Source: Octopus vulgaris (Eukaryota). From it: a stretch of 64,000 nucleotides of DNA. The notes under the pieces were generated by a model. The model did not search any database and was not told the DNA's origin. It was given only the letters and a program-made list of their open reading frames with translations. The DNA lies in the NCBI GenBank assembly GCA_951406725.2, contig OX597840.1:34534001-34598000 (forward strand), read 5' to 3'. The stretch's first letter is position 1. The number at the start of each line of letters is the position of its first letter. The position numbers and the translations under genes were made by a program. Shown here piece after piece: positions 10,891 through 25,604 of the stretch.

Positions 10891-12099
10891 ATGAGGTTCA
10901 GAGATTCTCAATATAGAAAACGCCTAGTAGCACTTAAATGAATTGAACTTACTCCAAAACCTTTACTGAGGACCAAGTCCTGCGGGTAAAGAGTGGGTAC
11001 AAGAGGAATCCAGTTGAGCAGATATGGAGACAATGATGCAAATGAACAGAACTGCTTGGGTTTGAAATTTCCTTGCATCATGATCCGAAATGTCAGATTT
11101 TTATCTCTCCACTGAAGATAAGAGGCTGGATCTATCTAATGTTAAGTATTTGCTTCCAATAATTGTTGCATATTCTGGTGAGCTACATCTGCCAACATTA
11201 TGAAATGGCTCTGAACCCCTAGAAACAGCTGTTGAGCTTATAACACCCTACCTTCTTGCCTTTGTGTCTTGCACTCTGCTCTGTTAATATGTAAATTTAT
11301 ATTCATACTTGAATATTCATCATTGGAAAATTTTGTCTTTGCTTTCTTCCTATTTACATATATACATATATATTTTATATATCAAACTCGAGCAGTTTTA
11401 TTTGTGTACTTGCATTATCTCTCTCTCTCTTTCTCGTGTGTGTGCGTGCGCGCACGCATGCATATGTGTGTATATGGGCCCTAGAGACCAAATCTCTTAC
11501 ATCTGGTTTACATTCATCTGGCTGGATACCTTTCATAATGCAATCCACCATACAAGGTGTACTAAGTGCATTTTCCATGGCACTAGAAAGGTTATTATGC
11601 TTCCCACAGGTCAAAGGAGTCCTACTGAACCTGCTGTGTCTGCAAGTACTACCAAATACACCCAAACATCATCAATCATATTTATGTCTGTTTTTTCCAT
11701 GCAAACGTCCTCTCAACACTGCAGCTTGCGTCTCATTGCATTTCTTTGTCGTCTTTTATATGAGGCTCAGCTTCCTAATATCAGCCTCCACTTTCTACGT
11801 CCATATCTTCTTGGGTCTTCCTCTTGGCACATCTTTACCTGTTTGACATGCTCCATTTGCATTACCTGTCCGTTCTAGCATAGCTGTCACTCTTACATAC
11901 TATATTTGATTTCTCTTTAATCCTGCTTGTCTCTCAGCTCATCTTTGCTTTGTCATTCATATACATCTGGAAGATCTTGCATCACACATCTGGAAGATCT
12001 TGCTCATGTCATTTCTTCCCAGCCTCCACAAATCCTCTGTATTCAGTGTCCATGTCTCATTATTTTGCCATATTGCAGGTTGTACAATATACTCTTCTC

Positions 12100-12521
12100 T
12101 TAGAAAACCATCCGAACATGGCCGTAGCCAGTACCGCATCGACTGGCCTCCGTGCTGTGGGCACGTAACAAACACCATCCGATTGAGGCCGTGCCAGCCC
12201 CGCCTGGCCTCCGTGCCGGTGGCACATAAAAAATACCATCCGAGCGTGGCCGTTTGCCAGCCTCGTCTGGCACCTGTGTCGGTGGCACATAAAAAACACC
12301 ATCTGAGCGTGGCCGTTCGCCAGCCTCGTCTGGCACCTGTGTCGGTGGCACATAAAAAGCACCCACTACACTCATGGAGTGGTTGGCATTAGGAAGGGCA
12401 TCCAGCTGTAGAAACACTGCCAGATCTGACTGGCCTGGTGCAGCCTTCGGGCTTCCCAGACCCCAGTTGAACCGTCCAACCCATGCTAGCATGGAAAGCG
12501 GACGTCAAACGATGATGATGA
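12100..12521 (+). mobile_element. Retroposon 3' end with internal tandem subrepeats and (GAT)n tail; family copies at ~15262-15418(-), 21040-21320(-), 23376-23760(-), 29250-29965, 32650-32920, 33800-33893, 36540-36820, 39995-40290(-)
   Basis: Conserved ttaggaagggcatccagctgtagaaac...ccaacccatgctagcatggaaagcggacg-tgatgatgat end. Upstream ~60-bp ggtggcacataaaaa(g/a)cacc units occur in variable number. RTE affiliation is inferred from the tail type. Confidence 0.75.
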
Positions 12522-12599
12522 TTAGAGAGAGAATTTCTGTAATACCATTACAGGTAAATAATTCTCTGAGCTTTTGACACTCTTATTATTGCCACTATA

Positions 12600-13360
12600 C
12601 TTATAGTACACCCCCGTTCACTGCCGATTAGGTGACCGAAGCTATCAGCTGCCAACGTCCTCTGAGCAAAGCAAAGAATTTACTTTGTTGGTACTCCAAG
12701 ATCTCACCCCACCTGTACATCTCTATACTGCAAGCAAAGCCTCTAGTTGTCTGCTTGCCTTTGAATTCACTAATTTTTGTGCACCTAAAGACCACAGAGG
12801 GTACATGTCATAGACTTTTCTACCTGTTCCTTTTCTGCATATTGATAAGCATGGCCACCCCTCTAATAGTATCAGAATCTTATCTTATCTTTCTCTTATT
12901 ACTAAAATCAGAGTTTACACTCAGTTTGCTTTAAAGTCTCTTCTTATTACATTTTGTTTCCACGTATGGATTTTTTCCTAAATATTCCACAGTCTCTGCT
13001 CCAAGAACTAGGTCATCAGCATACAGGAGCTCCCATGGGCAACCAGTCTTAAACTTTCATTCTATGATCTAGAGGACTATAATGCATAGCAGGGTGCTGA
13101 GCACTAATTCTTGGTTGACAACTCACTTGCTCTCCAAATTCCTTACAGAATTCTTCTCCAGCCCTCATTTTGCTGAGTGCATCTCTATGCATGGCTTGCT
13201 CTGCTCTCACCAGCCATTCTTTAACTCTTAGTTTTCATGGTAATCAGCAACTACACAGGTAATGGTATTGTCAAAGAGAGACTTGTGCTAGATTAACGAA
13301 TTGCTTGGTAAAGAGGCTTGCTCTTGCCTGGAATTATCTCTTGCAGCTGTCTCTATGAAA
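12600..13360 (-). mobile_element. Decayed RTE-clade LINE reverse transcriptase fragment
   Basis: The minus strand at about 12995-13055 reads FKTGCPWELLYADDLVLGAE, containing the RT catalytic YADD motif. Confidence 0.85.
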
Positions 13361-14057
13361 GAGAGCTTTAGTCATAGGAAGCAAACATTTTACCACACAG
13401 TCACTTTTGCCTTATTTCAACTCGTGTGTGTGTGTGTGTGTGTGTATGAAGGTAAGTGGCTTGGTGGTTAGGGTATTTGGTTTGGAATTGAATCCATAAG
13501 TTCATGGGTTTCATTCATGGATCAGGCTGCATGTTGTGTCCTTGAACAAGGCATATATCACTTGGTGTTGCTTTAGCCCCTACTCAGCCGAAAATGAATA
13601 CCAGCCAACTTCTGGAGCAGCCTTCTCTCTCCTTAAGTTGTCACATAGTAGATTTTCTGCTGGATCGGAGTGATTACATAAGCACTTATAAGAATTAGTG
13701 AAGCTGAGGCTAAGCTACCAAGTCGTGTACTCCCATAAGTGATACTTCAGCATTTTTTATACATAGGATACTGATATAAAGTGCTGTATGCGAAATAGTA
13801 GCTTCAGATTTCTGTAGCTACTGTAATTGTTGACTATATAAACAGATTAGCTGTATGTTTCTCTGGGATTGGTCAAATTGATGTAGATTCCTCTGAAGAG
13901 AATTCAATAACATTAAAAAATTAAGGTTGTTCATTGTTTTGTGTTTAGATTAGCCATGTTTATATTGGTACTATATAGATTACACATGCACGCACACACA
14001 CAAACACACACAATACGCATGTAAGTATGTGTGTATATGTAAATATATATATATATA

Positions 14058-14205
14058 TGTTTTGTGTGGTAAGTAGCTTGCTTACCAACCACATGGTTCC
14101 GAGTTCAGTCTTACTGCGTGGCACCTTGGACAAGTGTCTTCTACTATATACTCAGGCTGATCAAAGCCTTGTGAGTGGATTTGGTAGACAGAAACTGAAA
14201 GAAGC

Positions 14206-14236
<31 letters not shown>

Positions 14237-14462
14237 TTATTTATACATGTATGTAAATATTTGTGTGTCTCTGTTTGTCCCCCAACCATCGCTTGACAAT
14301 TGGTGTTGGTGTGTTTACGTCCCCGTAACTCAGCAGTTTAGCAAAAGACATCAATAGAATAAGTACTAGGCTTACAAAGAATAAGTCCTGGGGTCGATTT
14401 GTTCGACTAAAGGCGGTGCTCCAGCATGGCCACAGTCAAATGACTGAAACAAGTAAAAGAAT
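14058..14462 (+). mobile_element. SINE family 1 copy
   Basis: Same head, body and tail as 6306-6726. Confidence 0.85.
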
Positions 14463-15489
14463 AAATATGTGTGTGTGTGTGTGTGTGTGTGTGAAACATT
14501 AATGGAATTAAGAAATATCATTTGTGTAATCATAACCCTAAACCAAAAACTCTTAACCCTTGTGAGATTTGTTTTCTCAACGACAATATTTATATTCACA
14601 TTATTTTTGCATGTGCCAAGGAATCAACCAACTTATTTTCCATTTTGGAGTTGGCACTCTGGAATATCCATTTTACTGATGACTTTATTTTTTGGTAATA
14701 AAATTCCTGGTATTAATAGTCTAGGTTCCACTTGGCAACTTATTTCATTGTTTTGACCATTTGAGCATGCATTGCCGAAAATACATGCCTTCAGTTTTAC
14801 ATTAAATGATAGCAATTAATATAAATGAACATATTCATAAATTTTTTCTCAATCAATTAACACTATGCAGGATTCCACATGTTCCTCATGTTAGAAGTGT
14901 ACCCCATAACATCCATGTAATATACAGATATATAATGTATGGCTACCATTTGTTCATTCACTTTTAAGTCTATTTAATCATGTTTGCATGGGTTATTTGT
15001 TTTTTATAGCCACATGCTCTTCCTGACACTAACCCTTGGTATGAAGTGACCAGATGATTTGTGTGTGTGTGTGTGTGTATATATTCAAAATGTGACCTCG
15101 TGTGTACCGTTGGCGATTTTTTTCCTCTGTCTTCCCTTCTCTGGATCTTTCCTTCTCCTATGTTTCCGACAAAGAGCTGAGTGTCCAATAATACTATATT
15201 TGTTCCACGTCCTCGCGTTGTTGTGTTTTTTGTGCTTTCTTGTTTGGATTAACTTTATATATCATCATCATCATCGTTTAGCGTCCGTTTTCCGTGCTAG
15301 CACGGGTTGGACGGTTCTACTGGGGTCTGTGAAGCCAGAAGGCTTCATCAGGCCCAGTCAAATCTGGCAGTGTTTCTACGACTGGATGCCCTTCCTAACG
15401 CCAACCACTCCGAGAGTATATTTGTATGTATGTATTTATATATATTATATTATGTATATATATATTATATAAATATATTATATTATGTG

Positions 15490-15522
<33 letters not shown>

Positions 15523-15530
15523 GTTGAATT

Positions 15531-15950
15531 ACCTGGTAATACCCAGGAAAACGGGGGGTTATTTCCAGTTCCTGTTCCCTTTACACTGTTTCATGTCCTG
15601 TCCTGCTCCCTGTTCAGTTCCCCTTTTAGTTCCATTCCCATTCCTATCCCTAATCTTATGTCAATATATAATTTTTAGAATCAGGTGTAATTAAGCCATT
15701 AAATATTTGATTAACCTTTATGGTAATAGTTCATTGCTAAAAATAAGTATTACAAACTATTAATACAATTAATGGGTGAATAACGAATGTTCCTCTATCA
15801 TTTTAACTAATGAATATGCATCTGGGTAAAATAAATGAGTTGACTGGTAATACCAGGAAAATGGGGGTTATTCCCTGTTCCTGTTAACCATTACACTGTT
15901 TTATGTCCTATACCCTTTCCTATTCAGTTCCCCTCTTTATGCCCACCCCA
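15531..15950. repeat. Diverged ~110-bp direct repeat (about 15531-15645 and 15843-15950)
   Basis: ctggtaatacc(c)aggaaaa(c/t)gggggttatt...ttacactgttt(c/t)atgtcct...ttcagttcccct occurs twice. Confidence 0.7.
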
Positions 15951-15954
15951 TCGC

Positions 15955-16210
15955 TGGTCACAATTCGCTTCGCCTTGTTTTAGCCTTCAAATGACGCTTC
16001 TCCGCTGGCTAAGCGAGCAGGCCAACAGAAGAAAGAGTGAGAGAAAGTTGTGGCGAAAGAGTACAGCAGGGATTGCCACCACCCCCTGCCGGAGACTCGT
16101 GGAGCTTTCGGTGTTTTCGCTCAATAAACACAACGCTCGGTCTGGGAATCGAAACTGCGATCCTACGACCGTGAGTCTGCTGCCCTAACTACTGGGCCAT
16201 TGCGTCTCCA
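15955..16210 (-). mobile_element. SINE family 3 (tail type b)
   Basis: Same head and body as 5729-6100, with a different 3' part. Confidence 0.8.
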
Positions 16211-16211
16211 C

Positions 16212-16212
16212 G

Positions 16213-16273
<61 letters not shown>

Positions 16274-16382
16274 ATATATGTATGTGTATATATGTATGTG
16301 TATATATGTATGTGTATATATGTATGTGTATATATGTATGTGTATATATGTATGTATATATATATGTATGTATATATGTATG

Positions 16383-16473
<91 letters not shown>
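16212..16473. repeat. Compound (TA)n/(TATG)n/(CA)n microsatellite
   Basis: Seen directly. Source of the spurious YI/CV/HT ORFs. Confidence 0.95.
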
Positions 16474-16476
<3 letters not shown>

Positions 16477-17405
16477 ACTTATTGAAGTAATATTTTATGG
16501 CCAGATGTCCTTCCTAATGCCAAACACATGTGCATGACATGCTTCTGTGCAGTTTCTGTCCACCGAATTTCACTCATAAGGCACTAGTCAGCTTGAGGTT
16601 ATAGGAGAATACACTTGCCCCATGGTGTCATGAAACCATGTAGTTGCAAAGTGAATTTGGTAACCCTGCTTAACCTCATATATACTTGTGCATATTGTGT
16701 GTGTGTGTGTGTGTGTATTTATGTATTGTTATTTAACTCCATGACAACCAACACGGATAGTCATATTATCAAAAGCATTCCACTCGTGACTAACCTGTAA
16801 ATTTTTTTCACCCTCATGCTTTCTTTTTTAAGACAGTAGAGCAGTATTGAAAAGACATTTTGGCTGCTATTTCTAATTAATGAATTTGTAGAATAATCTA
16901 GGTTTTTCTATTTTTTATGATTTGCTGTGAAGAATGAAATAATGCTTCCCAACTACTTCCCAACCACAGGATACCAGGTTCAGTCCACTGCACCACACCT
17001 TGGGCAAGTAAGTGTCTTGTACTATAAGCCTTGGGCCAACCAAAGCCTTATGAGTGAATATGGTGGACTGAAACTGAAAGAAGCCCATTGCATGCGAATG
17101 TGTATGTGTGTATGTGTGTGTGTGTGTGCATGTGTTTGTCCCCCACCACTGCTTAACAAGAGGCTGATGTAATAAGTACCAGGCTTGAGTAAAGTAGGCA
17201 CTAGGATCATCTCATTTCACTAAAGTTCTTGAAGATGGTGCTTTCCCCCCCCCCCCCTTCCAATGTATTTCATGCATGTTTTTTGTTTATTCGTTAATTT
17301 CAAATTCAAACTTCTAATCCCACCAAATATTATGAAAAAATTAACTTTCTTGTATTGTTAGTACAAGGGGACAGCATGCAATGTTTTAGATATTTTTCCT
17401 ATCTT

Positions 17406-17792
17406 CGAGCTGGCAGAAACATTAGCACGCCGGGTGATATGCGTAGCTGTATTTCGTCTGCTGTTATGTTCTGAGTTCAAATTCCGCCGAGGCCGACTTT
17501 GCCTTTCATCCTTTTGGGGTCGATAAATTAAGTACCAGTTACGCACAGGTTCCTTGTTTGTCCTCTCTGTGTTTAGCTCCTTGTGGGTAGTAAAGAAATA
17601 GGTATTTCGTCTGCCGTTATGTTCTGAGTTCAAATTCCGCCGAGGTCGACCTTTGCCTTTCATCCTTTCGTGGTTGATTAAATTAAGTACCAGTTATGCA
17701 CTGGGGTCGATGTAATCGACTTAATCCTTTTGTCTGTCCTTGTTTGTCCTCTCTGTGTTTAGCCCCTTGTGGGTAATAAAGAAACAGGTATT
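17406..17792 (+). mobile_element. SINE family 2 with internal tandem duplication
   Basis: gtatttcgtctg...gtaaagaaatag occurs twice (about 17448-17601 and 17602-17790). Confidence 0.85.
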
Positions 17793-20324
17793 TTTCCTCT
17801 CTAAAAGATATGGTTAATAATGATAATGATTCTCTTGATGCTATTGTTAATTATGGAAGTGATATTACTTGTGATGGTGGGAATGATATTATTAAAAGTG
17901 TGGTGGTGTTTCCTCCACATTCCCACACTGATTATACTTTTGGGCAGCTCTTTCCAATTTTATCTTGCTAGTCATCATCTTAGTGAGAGAGAGAGGGAGA
18001 GGAGGAGATAGATGCTTGAGGGGGTGAAGTATAGTAGTATAGATAGGTGAGACTAGCTAAACCTATTCCGGTTGCCTCTAACCTGCTGCTGCTGTCCAGG
18101 AGTTTTTCTTTTTCTCTTTCAGTCATCATTCTTCACTGTTATGTGAGCTAACATGATTCTTCAAATCTTTATGTGAGCTAGCATCATGATTCTTCATAAC
18201 ATGAAGATTCTTCACTTTAATGCTCTTACTTACCTTTTGGGAGAGGCATGGACTCTGTGTGCATTTTGTCTCTTCCTTATCTATAATATATTGGATTTCA
18301 TCTCTGTTTAAAAATTAGTAAAAATCATTGATGTTTTTAGTTCTAGGTCAACCCTTATGAAGCAAACTCAATATCAAAAGTTTCTTACACAATTGGTAAG
18401 GTAATGCATTGAAGAAAGCGGGGAGAGAGAGAAGGGGAGAGAGAAAGAGAAAGAGAGCCAGCTAGCCAGCCAGAGTTGGCTAGTGACCCCTTGCAGTTTG
18501 AACAGGAATACCTCACCTTTGGTGGGTAATTGGTTCCAAAACATAACACAACGTATTTTCACATGTATTTTATTTGATCTCCCACTTCAGTATTGGTTTT
18601 TAGGTGCTTTTCAAAAATGTTCATGCTGTACGATTGAAGTTAATTTATTTACCCCATTCATTAAGCATGTTGGGTGATATGCTTAATGGCATTTTGTCTA
18701 TGTTTATGTTCTGAGTTGAAATTCTGCTGAGCTTGGACCTTGCCTTTCATCCCACCGGGATCAATAAAATAAGTACCAGTTGAACATTGGGGTCGATGTA
18801 ATCAACTCACTTCCTCCCCCGAAATTGCTAGCTTTGTGCCAAAATTTGAAACGAATTTATAAAAGCAATGTAAAGTCAAAATAGTTGTAACTTGAAACTG
18901 TGTAAACTAGGGTATTCCTTCACCTGTGAGTCTACTGAGTCAACTAACCCCAAGTACATACCTGTGTCTTTTATTGGTCCTGGCTCCAATTGGAATTGAA
19001 TCCATAATTTGGGAGTGGTAAAACAATTGCTATTGGATGTTCAGTTTGTTACTCTGTTCAGCTATTCTGGTGTTTGTGTTGATGCTATGTCGTTAGTGTA
19101 TTTAATACTAGCTTTAAAGCTGCACTCTGTGCTGACTTATGAGCTAACTCCTGCAGAGAGCTAATTGGGCCTGCAGCCCAAAACTAAAGAGAGCAATAAT
19201 GATAAAGTATTTATTGGTACCCTACCAATATGGTATTACTTTCAATTCAGTTTAAATGAAAAAATTGCTAGCTCATAAATTTTTGGAGATCTTTCAAAAT
19301 TTGAATTTTCAACTGTTAGCATATAACAAATCCTCATCACAGAGATACAGGGGTCCCAGACAGAGAGACAGAATTTCACTTGTTATAGATATAATCAGCA
19401 AAGTGGACAAAATTCATTATATTTGATTATGTCCCTTTATGTTGAGTTCTGATCCCATCCTAGTTGAAAGTCTTTCATTCTTCCTGGGTTGACAAAATAA
19501 GTACTGTGGAAGTGATTGATTTAACGAACCTCCCCAATTAAAATCCTGTTGAGATCAAGTTATAATTATCTTTAATTTCAGCAGCATAGATAGAACTCGT
19601 AACTTACTAGGATCTGTTTAATCAGTTATACTTCCTTATAAAATCTGTAATCTAATGATCTTCAAAAAAGAGGATTTTGATTTAATAATTTTTTCTAGCA
19701 TAGGCACAGGGCCTGAAATTTAAGGGCAGGTTAAGAGCGGAGGTGTTAGTTGATGAAATTGATTCCAATACTTCCTTGATAATTTATTTTATATCAACTC
19801 TGAAAGGATGAAAAGCAAAATTTAAACCTTGATGAGATTTGAACTTGGAACGTTGAGTACTGAAACAAATCCTGCAAAGCATTTTATTGCTCTGTTTCTG
19901 TTGGCTCACTTTCCTATACCAACTTGAGATTTGTTATTTGAGCCAGGTAGAAAATAACAGTTTGTTGTTATTACATAGACATTCAGATTTTTTGAGAATG
20001 TTGTAATTGTGATGGTTTTCACATGTTCTGTTTGTTTAATCTCAGGGCAAATAGAGCTATTTTCAAAAATGTTTCACCTATGACTATTCAGGCTTATATA
20101 TAAACACTGTATATCTCACACTGTGCAATCCAATATCTCCTTCTTGTTTATAATATTAGGGTGTGATTTGAAAGAAATTTGGCTACTATTTCTAATTTCC
20201 AGCAGGGAAAATAACCACGAAGCTTCTATATCTGTGATTGTTCATATATTTTCTGATAATAGTAATAATGTAGGGTGTAGTTTCAATCCTGTGTTGGGAT
20301 TTCATCTACAACTGAGTACCTTCT

Positions 20325-20526
20325 TTAACCCTTTTGTTACCAACCCGGTAACATAAGTTTTAAATTAAAATCTTCCACCAAACCTTAGTCAATTTATGTT
20401 CCTAACACTAGCTTAATGATAACTAAGTTATTTTACTAAATTCTTTATATTTATTAAAAGTTATATTTAAAGTAATTGAAAGAAACACAGTGCATCTCAA
20501 AATAAATACAGTAATGAAAGGGTTAA
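20325..20526. mobile_element. Single piggyBac-type MITE of the same family as the 40.6-41.6 kb array
   Basis: TTAA|CCCTTTTGTTACC...GTAATGAAAGGG|TTAA with a shared interior (aaatcttccaccaaaccttagtc...). Confidence 0.85.
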
Positions 20527-21324
20527 GTATTAATGAAAACTGCTTATAAACCCACTAAATAATAAGGATAATCTCATCTGATTCTTTTTCTGTCCATGCA
20601 TTCTTCTCTAACATTCTTCAACCATGCATCATCCGTTTTGCAGCCTAGACACCACATGAACTCCCAGAGACCCCAAAACCCACCCCATGAACAAAGAGTC
20701 CAAGAGCATTCTCTAATGAAGATATGCAAATCTTGTCTCTTGTAACAGCAAGAAAACACCAAAAAGAAAAAACACTATCAAAACTTCATCTTAATCATAA
20801 GCAGCACTTGGCTAGAACCCTCAAAATCTCACCCATCTCATTTTGAGATCCCTCATTCCAGCCCCACCTCCATCACCACTACCACAGGTATGCATATGTA
20901 TTTCTATGGATATTTGTTTTTATATATCTACATGTGTGCGTGTGTGTGTGTGCATGTTCATGCATGCACATGTTTTCATACCCAATGACTGGTGCTGCAG
21001 TAATATTGTAAATTGTTACAAGGATAAAAGAGATGAACTCATCATCATCATCATCATCATCATCGTTTAACGTCCGTTTTCCATGCTAGCATGGGTTGGA
21101 CGGTTCAACTGGGATCTGGGAAGCCAGGAGGCTGCACCAGGCTCCAGTCTGATCTGGCAGAGTTTCTACAGCTGGATGCCCTTCCTAATGCCAACCACTC
21201 CGTGAGTGTAGTGGGTGCTTCTTATGTTCCACCAGCACAGGTGCCAGGGGAGGCTGGCAACGGCCACAATCGGTTGGTGCTTTTTATGTGCCACTGGCAC
21301 GGAAGTCAGTCAAGATGGCACTGA

Positions 21325-22210
21325 GTAAACCACACAGGCATCAAACTTTTAGACAAGATTATGAGAGTTACAGAGGTTTATTACAAGAGTTATTACAAAA
21401 CTGATTAGAGACTGGATTAGTCAGGATGAGACACAGTTCAGGTTTGTCCTTAGAAGTACCACTGATGACATATTCTTATTGAGATAACTTCAAGAGAAGT
21501 ACATGGCTAAGAGTAAACCCCTATACTTAGCATTTGTTGATCTGGAGATGGCCTTTATTGGAGACCCTCACACTGTGCTTTGGTAGTTTCTAAGGAATCT
21601 AGGGGTAGATAAATAGTTCATGAGAGCCTTACAAGTTATGTACAAAGGAATAATTAGTAAGGTGAGTGAGGAATATGTTCAGTAATGAATTGTGTGCAAG
21701 TAGGGATGCATCAGAGCTAAGTTCTTGGCTGCCTCCAAGCCATACAGAGGCTGCCCTTGGGAACTGCAGCAGAATCTGTAGAAGAATTAAAGCAGAAATT
21801 TCAGATATGGGAGTAAAATTTGGAATTGAAGGTCCTTAAAGTAATCTTAGCAAAGACTAAAATTTCTGTAAGTAGGAAAGACAAGGCCATTATAGCAACA
21901 GGGAAATGTTTGCTCTCTGTTTGCAGAGCAGAAGTCGATAGAAATTCTATAAGGTGTGACTAGTGTAAACATTGGACATAGAAGATATGTAGGCAGATTG
22001 TCAGAGAATGCAGATTTCGAATGCAGCAGCTGCACGAGGACAACAAGTACTAAGAACTTTCAGGAAATAGATTTCCACATATGTCTACATGACTTTCTAG
22101 AAACGGTCGATAACTTTAATTAACCTAGGTGAGCTAGTTGGCAGTGGGGGAGGGTGTTCTGAAAGTGCAGAAGCTAGAATAAGAAAAGCTTGGAGAAAGT
22201 TCCAGGGCAA
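21325..22210 (+). mobile_element. Decayed RTE-clade LINE reverse transcriptase fragment
   Basis: Frameshifted remnants GIKLLDKIMRV, QFRFV..STTDDIFLLR*LQEKYMAKSKPLYLAFVDLEMAF, GCPWEL, a Cys-rich segment, and ARIRKAWRKF. Confidence 0.85.
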
Positions 22211-25200
22211 ACTGAGAATTTCACATCAGCTTGTGAAAATTCTCACTAAAATAATGGAATACTGTATAATATCCTGTGGCCTACTGCCTGGTCTGTGCCC
22301 TCACTCCGTTCCACCATCTCTTCTCACCTCTGTACTAAGCCTATACTCTCTCATCTCCCTGCTATCTCTTCCACTCGTCACACCACTCCACCTGTGCTTA
22401 TTAAATTCCTTGCTCCATCAATACCTTTCTCGTACACTTGCATCTCTATCATTTCTCCTACAGATTGTACCATGTCACCTGAGCTTGCATTCTGAAATCT
22501 CTTCCCTCTACCATCCATACCTTACTGTCCCTCCTCCTTCTATCCTTCTGAATCATGTTTAAATGTCTAGCAACCATAAATCCATCTTGTGTAGCATATT
22601 CATATACTCTTACATTTGCTTTCTCCATGCTAGCGTGAGTTAGGTGAAAATGTTATTGAAGCATTTTTCCAGATAGCTTTCCTAACACTAACCATTACCT
22701 GGTTTTTCAAGTAAGGTATGTATATGAGTGTGTGTGTATGTCATGCGTGCGTGCGCACCTTGTAACTTCAGTTTGGGTTTTTATTCTACTGCTTGATATC
22801 TTGGGCTTGTGCTCCTGACTCTTAACATTCTCCGGCATTTTGTATCTACTTTACATTCTGATTATATTCAACTGGTTGCCAATATCCAACTCTGTTCTTA
22901 TTTAGAGAGTTAGTAACCCCATATTTATTAGATGAGTGTGTGTGTGTGTGTGTGTTCTGCTGGTAGCTGATTTAGTTCCTAATCAATTGTGCTCTGGAGT
23001 AAGTTCAGAGATGAATGCACATGCATGTGTGTGTGTGTGTGTGTCCCCGTGTGCGTGCACGCTATGATATAGGGTGGTAGATTAAAGTACTCGGGCATAA
23101 CAATATATCAATTACTGTGTCTGTGAGGCTAAATTATATTGTTTGTTCCTGCATTGAATCTGTATGTAGGGTAAGTTAGTGTGTGTTTTGGTACAGTGAA
23201 TGTATTTTTTTGTTGTTGTTATATGTGTTTGATGCAAAATTAGCTGCAAAAGGGTAGCATATACATGTGTGTGTGTGTTTTATGTGTGTGTGCAGTATTT
23301 ATGTAGGATTAGGTATCGGAGGTGTTATGATGTGTGTTCATTGTTTTGGTGTGTGATGTGAAGGTGTTGCACATACATCATCATCATCATCATCATCATC
23401 ATAGTCTAACGTCCGCTTTCCATGCTAGCATGGATTGGACGATTTGACTGAGGTCTGGCAAACCAGATGGCTGCACCAGACTCCAATCTGATCTGGGCAG
23501 AGTTTCTACAGCTGGATGCTTTTCCTAATGCCAACCACTCCGAGAGTGTAGTGGGTGCTTTTATGTGTCACTGGCACGAGGGCCAGTCAGGCGGTACTAG
23601 CAATGGCCATGCTCAAATGGTGCTCTTTATGTGCTACCTGCACAGGAGCCAGTCCAGCGGCACTGGCAATGACCTCGCTCGAATGTTTTTCGCGTGCCAC
23701 CAGCACATGTGCTAGTAAGGCGACGCAGATAACGATCACGCTCGAATGGTGTTTTTTACGTACCATTGGCTCGGAGACCAGCTTGTTGCTCTGGCCCCGA
23801 TTTCACTCGTGTGGATATATGTATATGTGGGTTGTGTGCTGTTAAAAGAGTTGTAGTGAATTGAGGCCAAAAGGCATAGGTCTTGAGTGGAAAAAAATAA
23901 AGCTATTCTCAGTGAAGCTTGATGTATAAGGCCAAGCAAAACACAGACTGTATTATTGAGTGGTGTGGAGTGGAAATGCTAAGAAATAGATGTCTTGTTG
24001 CTGAGCCAGATCTAGTAAAGATGTCCCTCAAATCAAACTATCCAGCATTTGGTTTGCTAGTTTGACTGAGATACACGGCTTTGCAGAATGAGTATTTTAG
24101 GCAGTAGGTGATACCAATAGATGTTCTTCTGAAAGAATTGAAAATGCCAAAGGGGCAAATGGTTAGATCCCGTAAAGGAACGTGTTGGTGATAAAGGGCT
24201 TTGTGTTGAAGCAGGGCTGGGAACAAGGGATGGATCTAGATGGGGCTAGATGAAAGAAAAGCTGGCAGCTACATGCCGTCAGCAAGCTGTATAGATTGTG
24301 GGTATAGTTGAATGAAGGGAGTAAGAAAGTTAGGGAAGAAGTGGAGGATGTCAGGATTGGACTGGAAGAGGCAGAAGGTATTTAAGATCTTGTGGAAGAG
24401 AGATTGAATTGAGGTGATTGTCTTGTGCATCTTTTTTTTTCCCCCCACTTTTTCCTTCATTGTTCATTGTGTACTTGTACCCTCCAATCTTGCCAGTTCA
24501 CTCAATCCTTGGAATACCTTAATTCTTGCAGTTCCTTCCCTGCACCTCAGATTATCTTGGATTAAGCAGTTGGATTACCATCTTGGATCATATTGGACTT
24601 TTACCTGTGATTTTCTATATCTGTGTGTGTGTGTGTGTGTGTGTGCGCGTGCGTGCGTGCGTGTGCGTGCATGCGCATGGGCACATGCGCGTAGGTCTAC
24701 CAGGCTATATGATAAAGAAATAAGCTTTGCAACCATTTGCTTTCAGGTTCAATCCCACTACATGGTGCCTTGAGCAATTATCGTCTTGAGCCTTGGACTC
24801 CCTAATGTCTTCCTTACAAGTGAATTTGGTAGACTTAACCTGTCTTAAGTTCATGATATGTGTATGCTCTGTGTGTGTGTTTGTGTGTGTGTGCGCGCGC
24901 ACGTGCATGTTTGTGTGTGCATGTGAACGTTATTTTGCTTGCCAGCATTTGAATGAAGTGGTAGTGCTGTTGAATGATCGTTGTGTCTTTGAAGATCTGT
25001 GAAATGTCAAAATATGAGAAATAGCTGAGAGAGCTGGCTGCAGAAAGAGCATCCATCCATAAAAATCCTGCTTCGAAACCAGTTCTGCACAAGCCATGCT
25101 AGTGTACAAAAACGGATGTTAAATAATGTATATATAGGTATGTATGTATATATATAAATGTGTCTATATGTATATATGCATGTGTATATATCTATATATG

Positions 25201-25604
25201 TATTATACTTATGTACACACACATTTTTATTTATGTGTGGACTGAGATTCTCATTGGCTTGTTACTGATATTAAAATAGTGTTAAAAACTTACAGTATGC
25301 AAATTAGTAGCCATAGTTCTAAAACACTGGATTTGTTGTCCATAAACAGACAAGCCACTTGTTTCTTGGGATTGACCAAGTGGTGTAGACGCCGTTGATG
25401 AGACTGCAATAAGGTTTGAAACTTGATTACGGTTCATCATTTTTGCAGTCCATGGAGAAAAAAAATTGCCCTGTTTATCTACTATGTAGTTTACATAGAT
25501 GTATTTTCATATACATTTCTATGATGGGATATGTATGTATATAAGTATGTATATATGTGCTTATATTTACATATATTTATGTATATATGTGTGTGTGTAT
25601 GTTT

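Noticed and set aside
11309-11878. 189-aa ORF
   Set aside because: It spans microsatellite and decayed repeat sequence, with no recognisable domain or splice support.
25388-25432. Hammerhead-like ccgt-TGATGA-gac...gtt-tGAAA...tt-acgg
   Set aside because: C3 is missing and stems II/III are poor. At most a decayed remnant.
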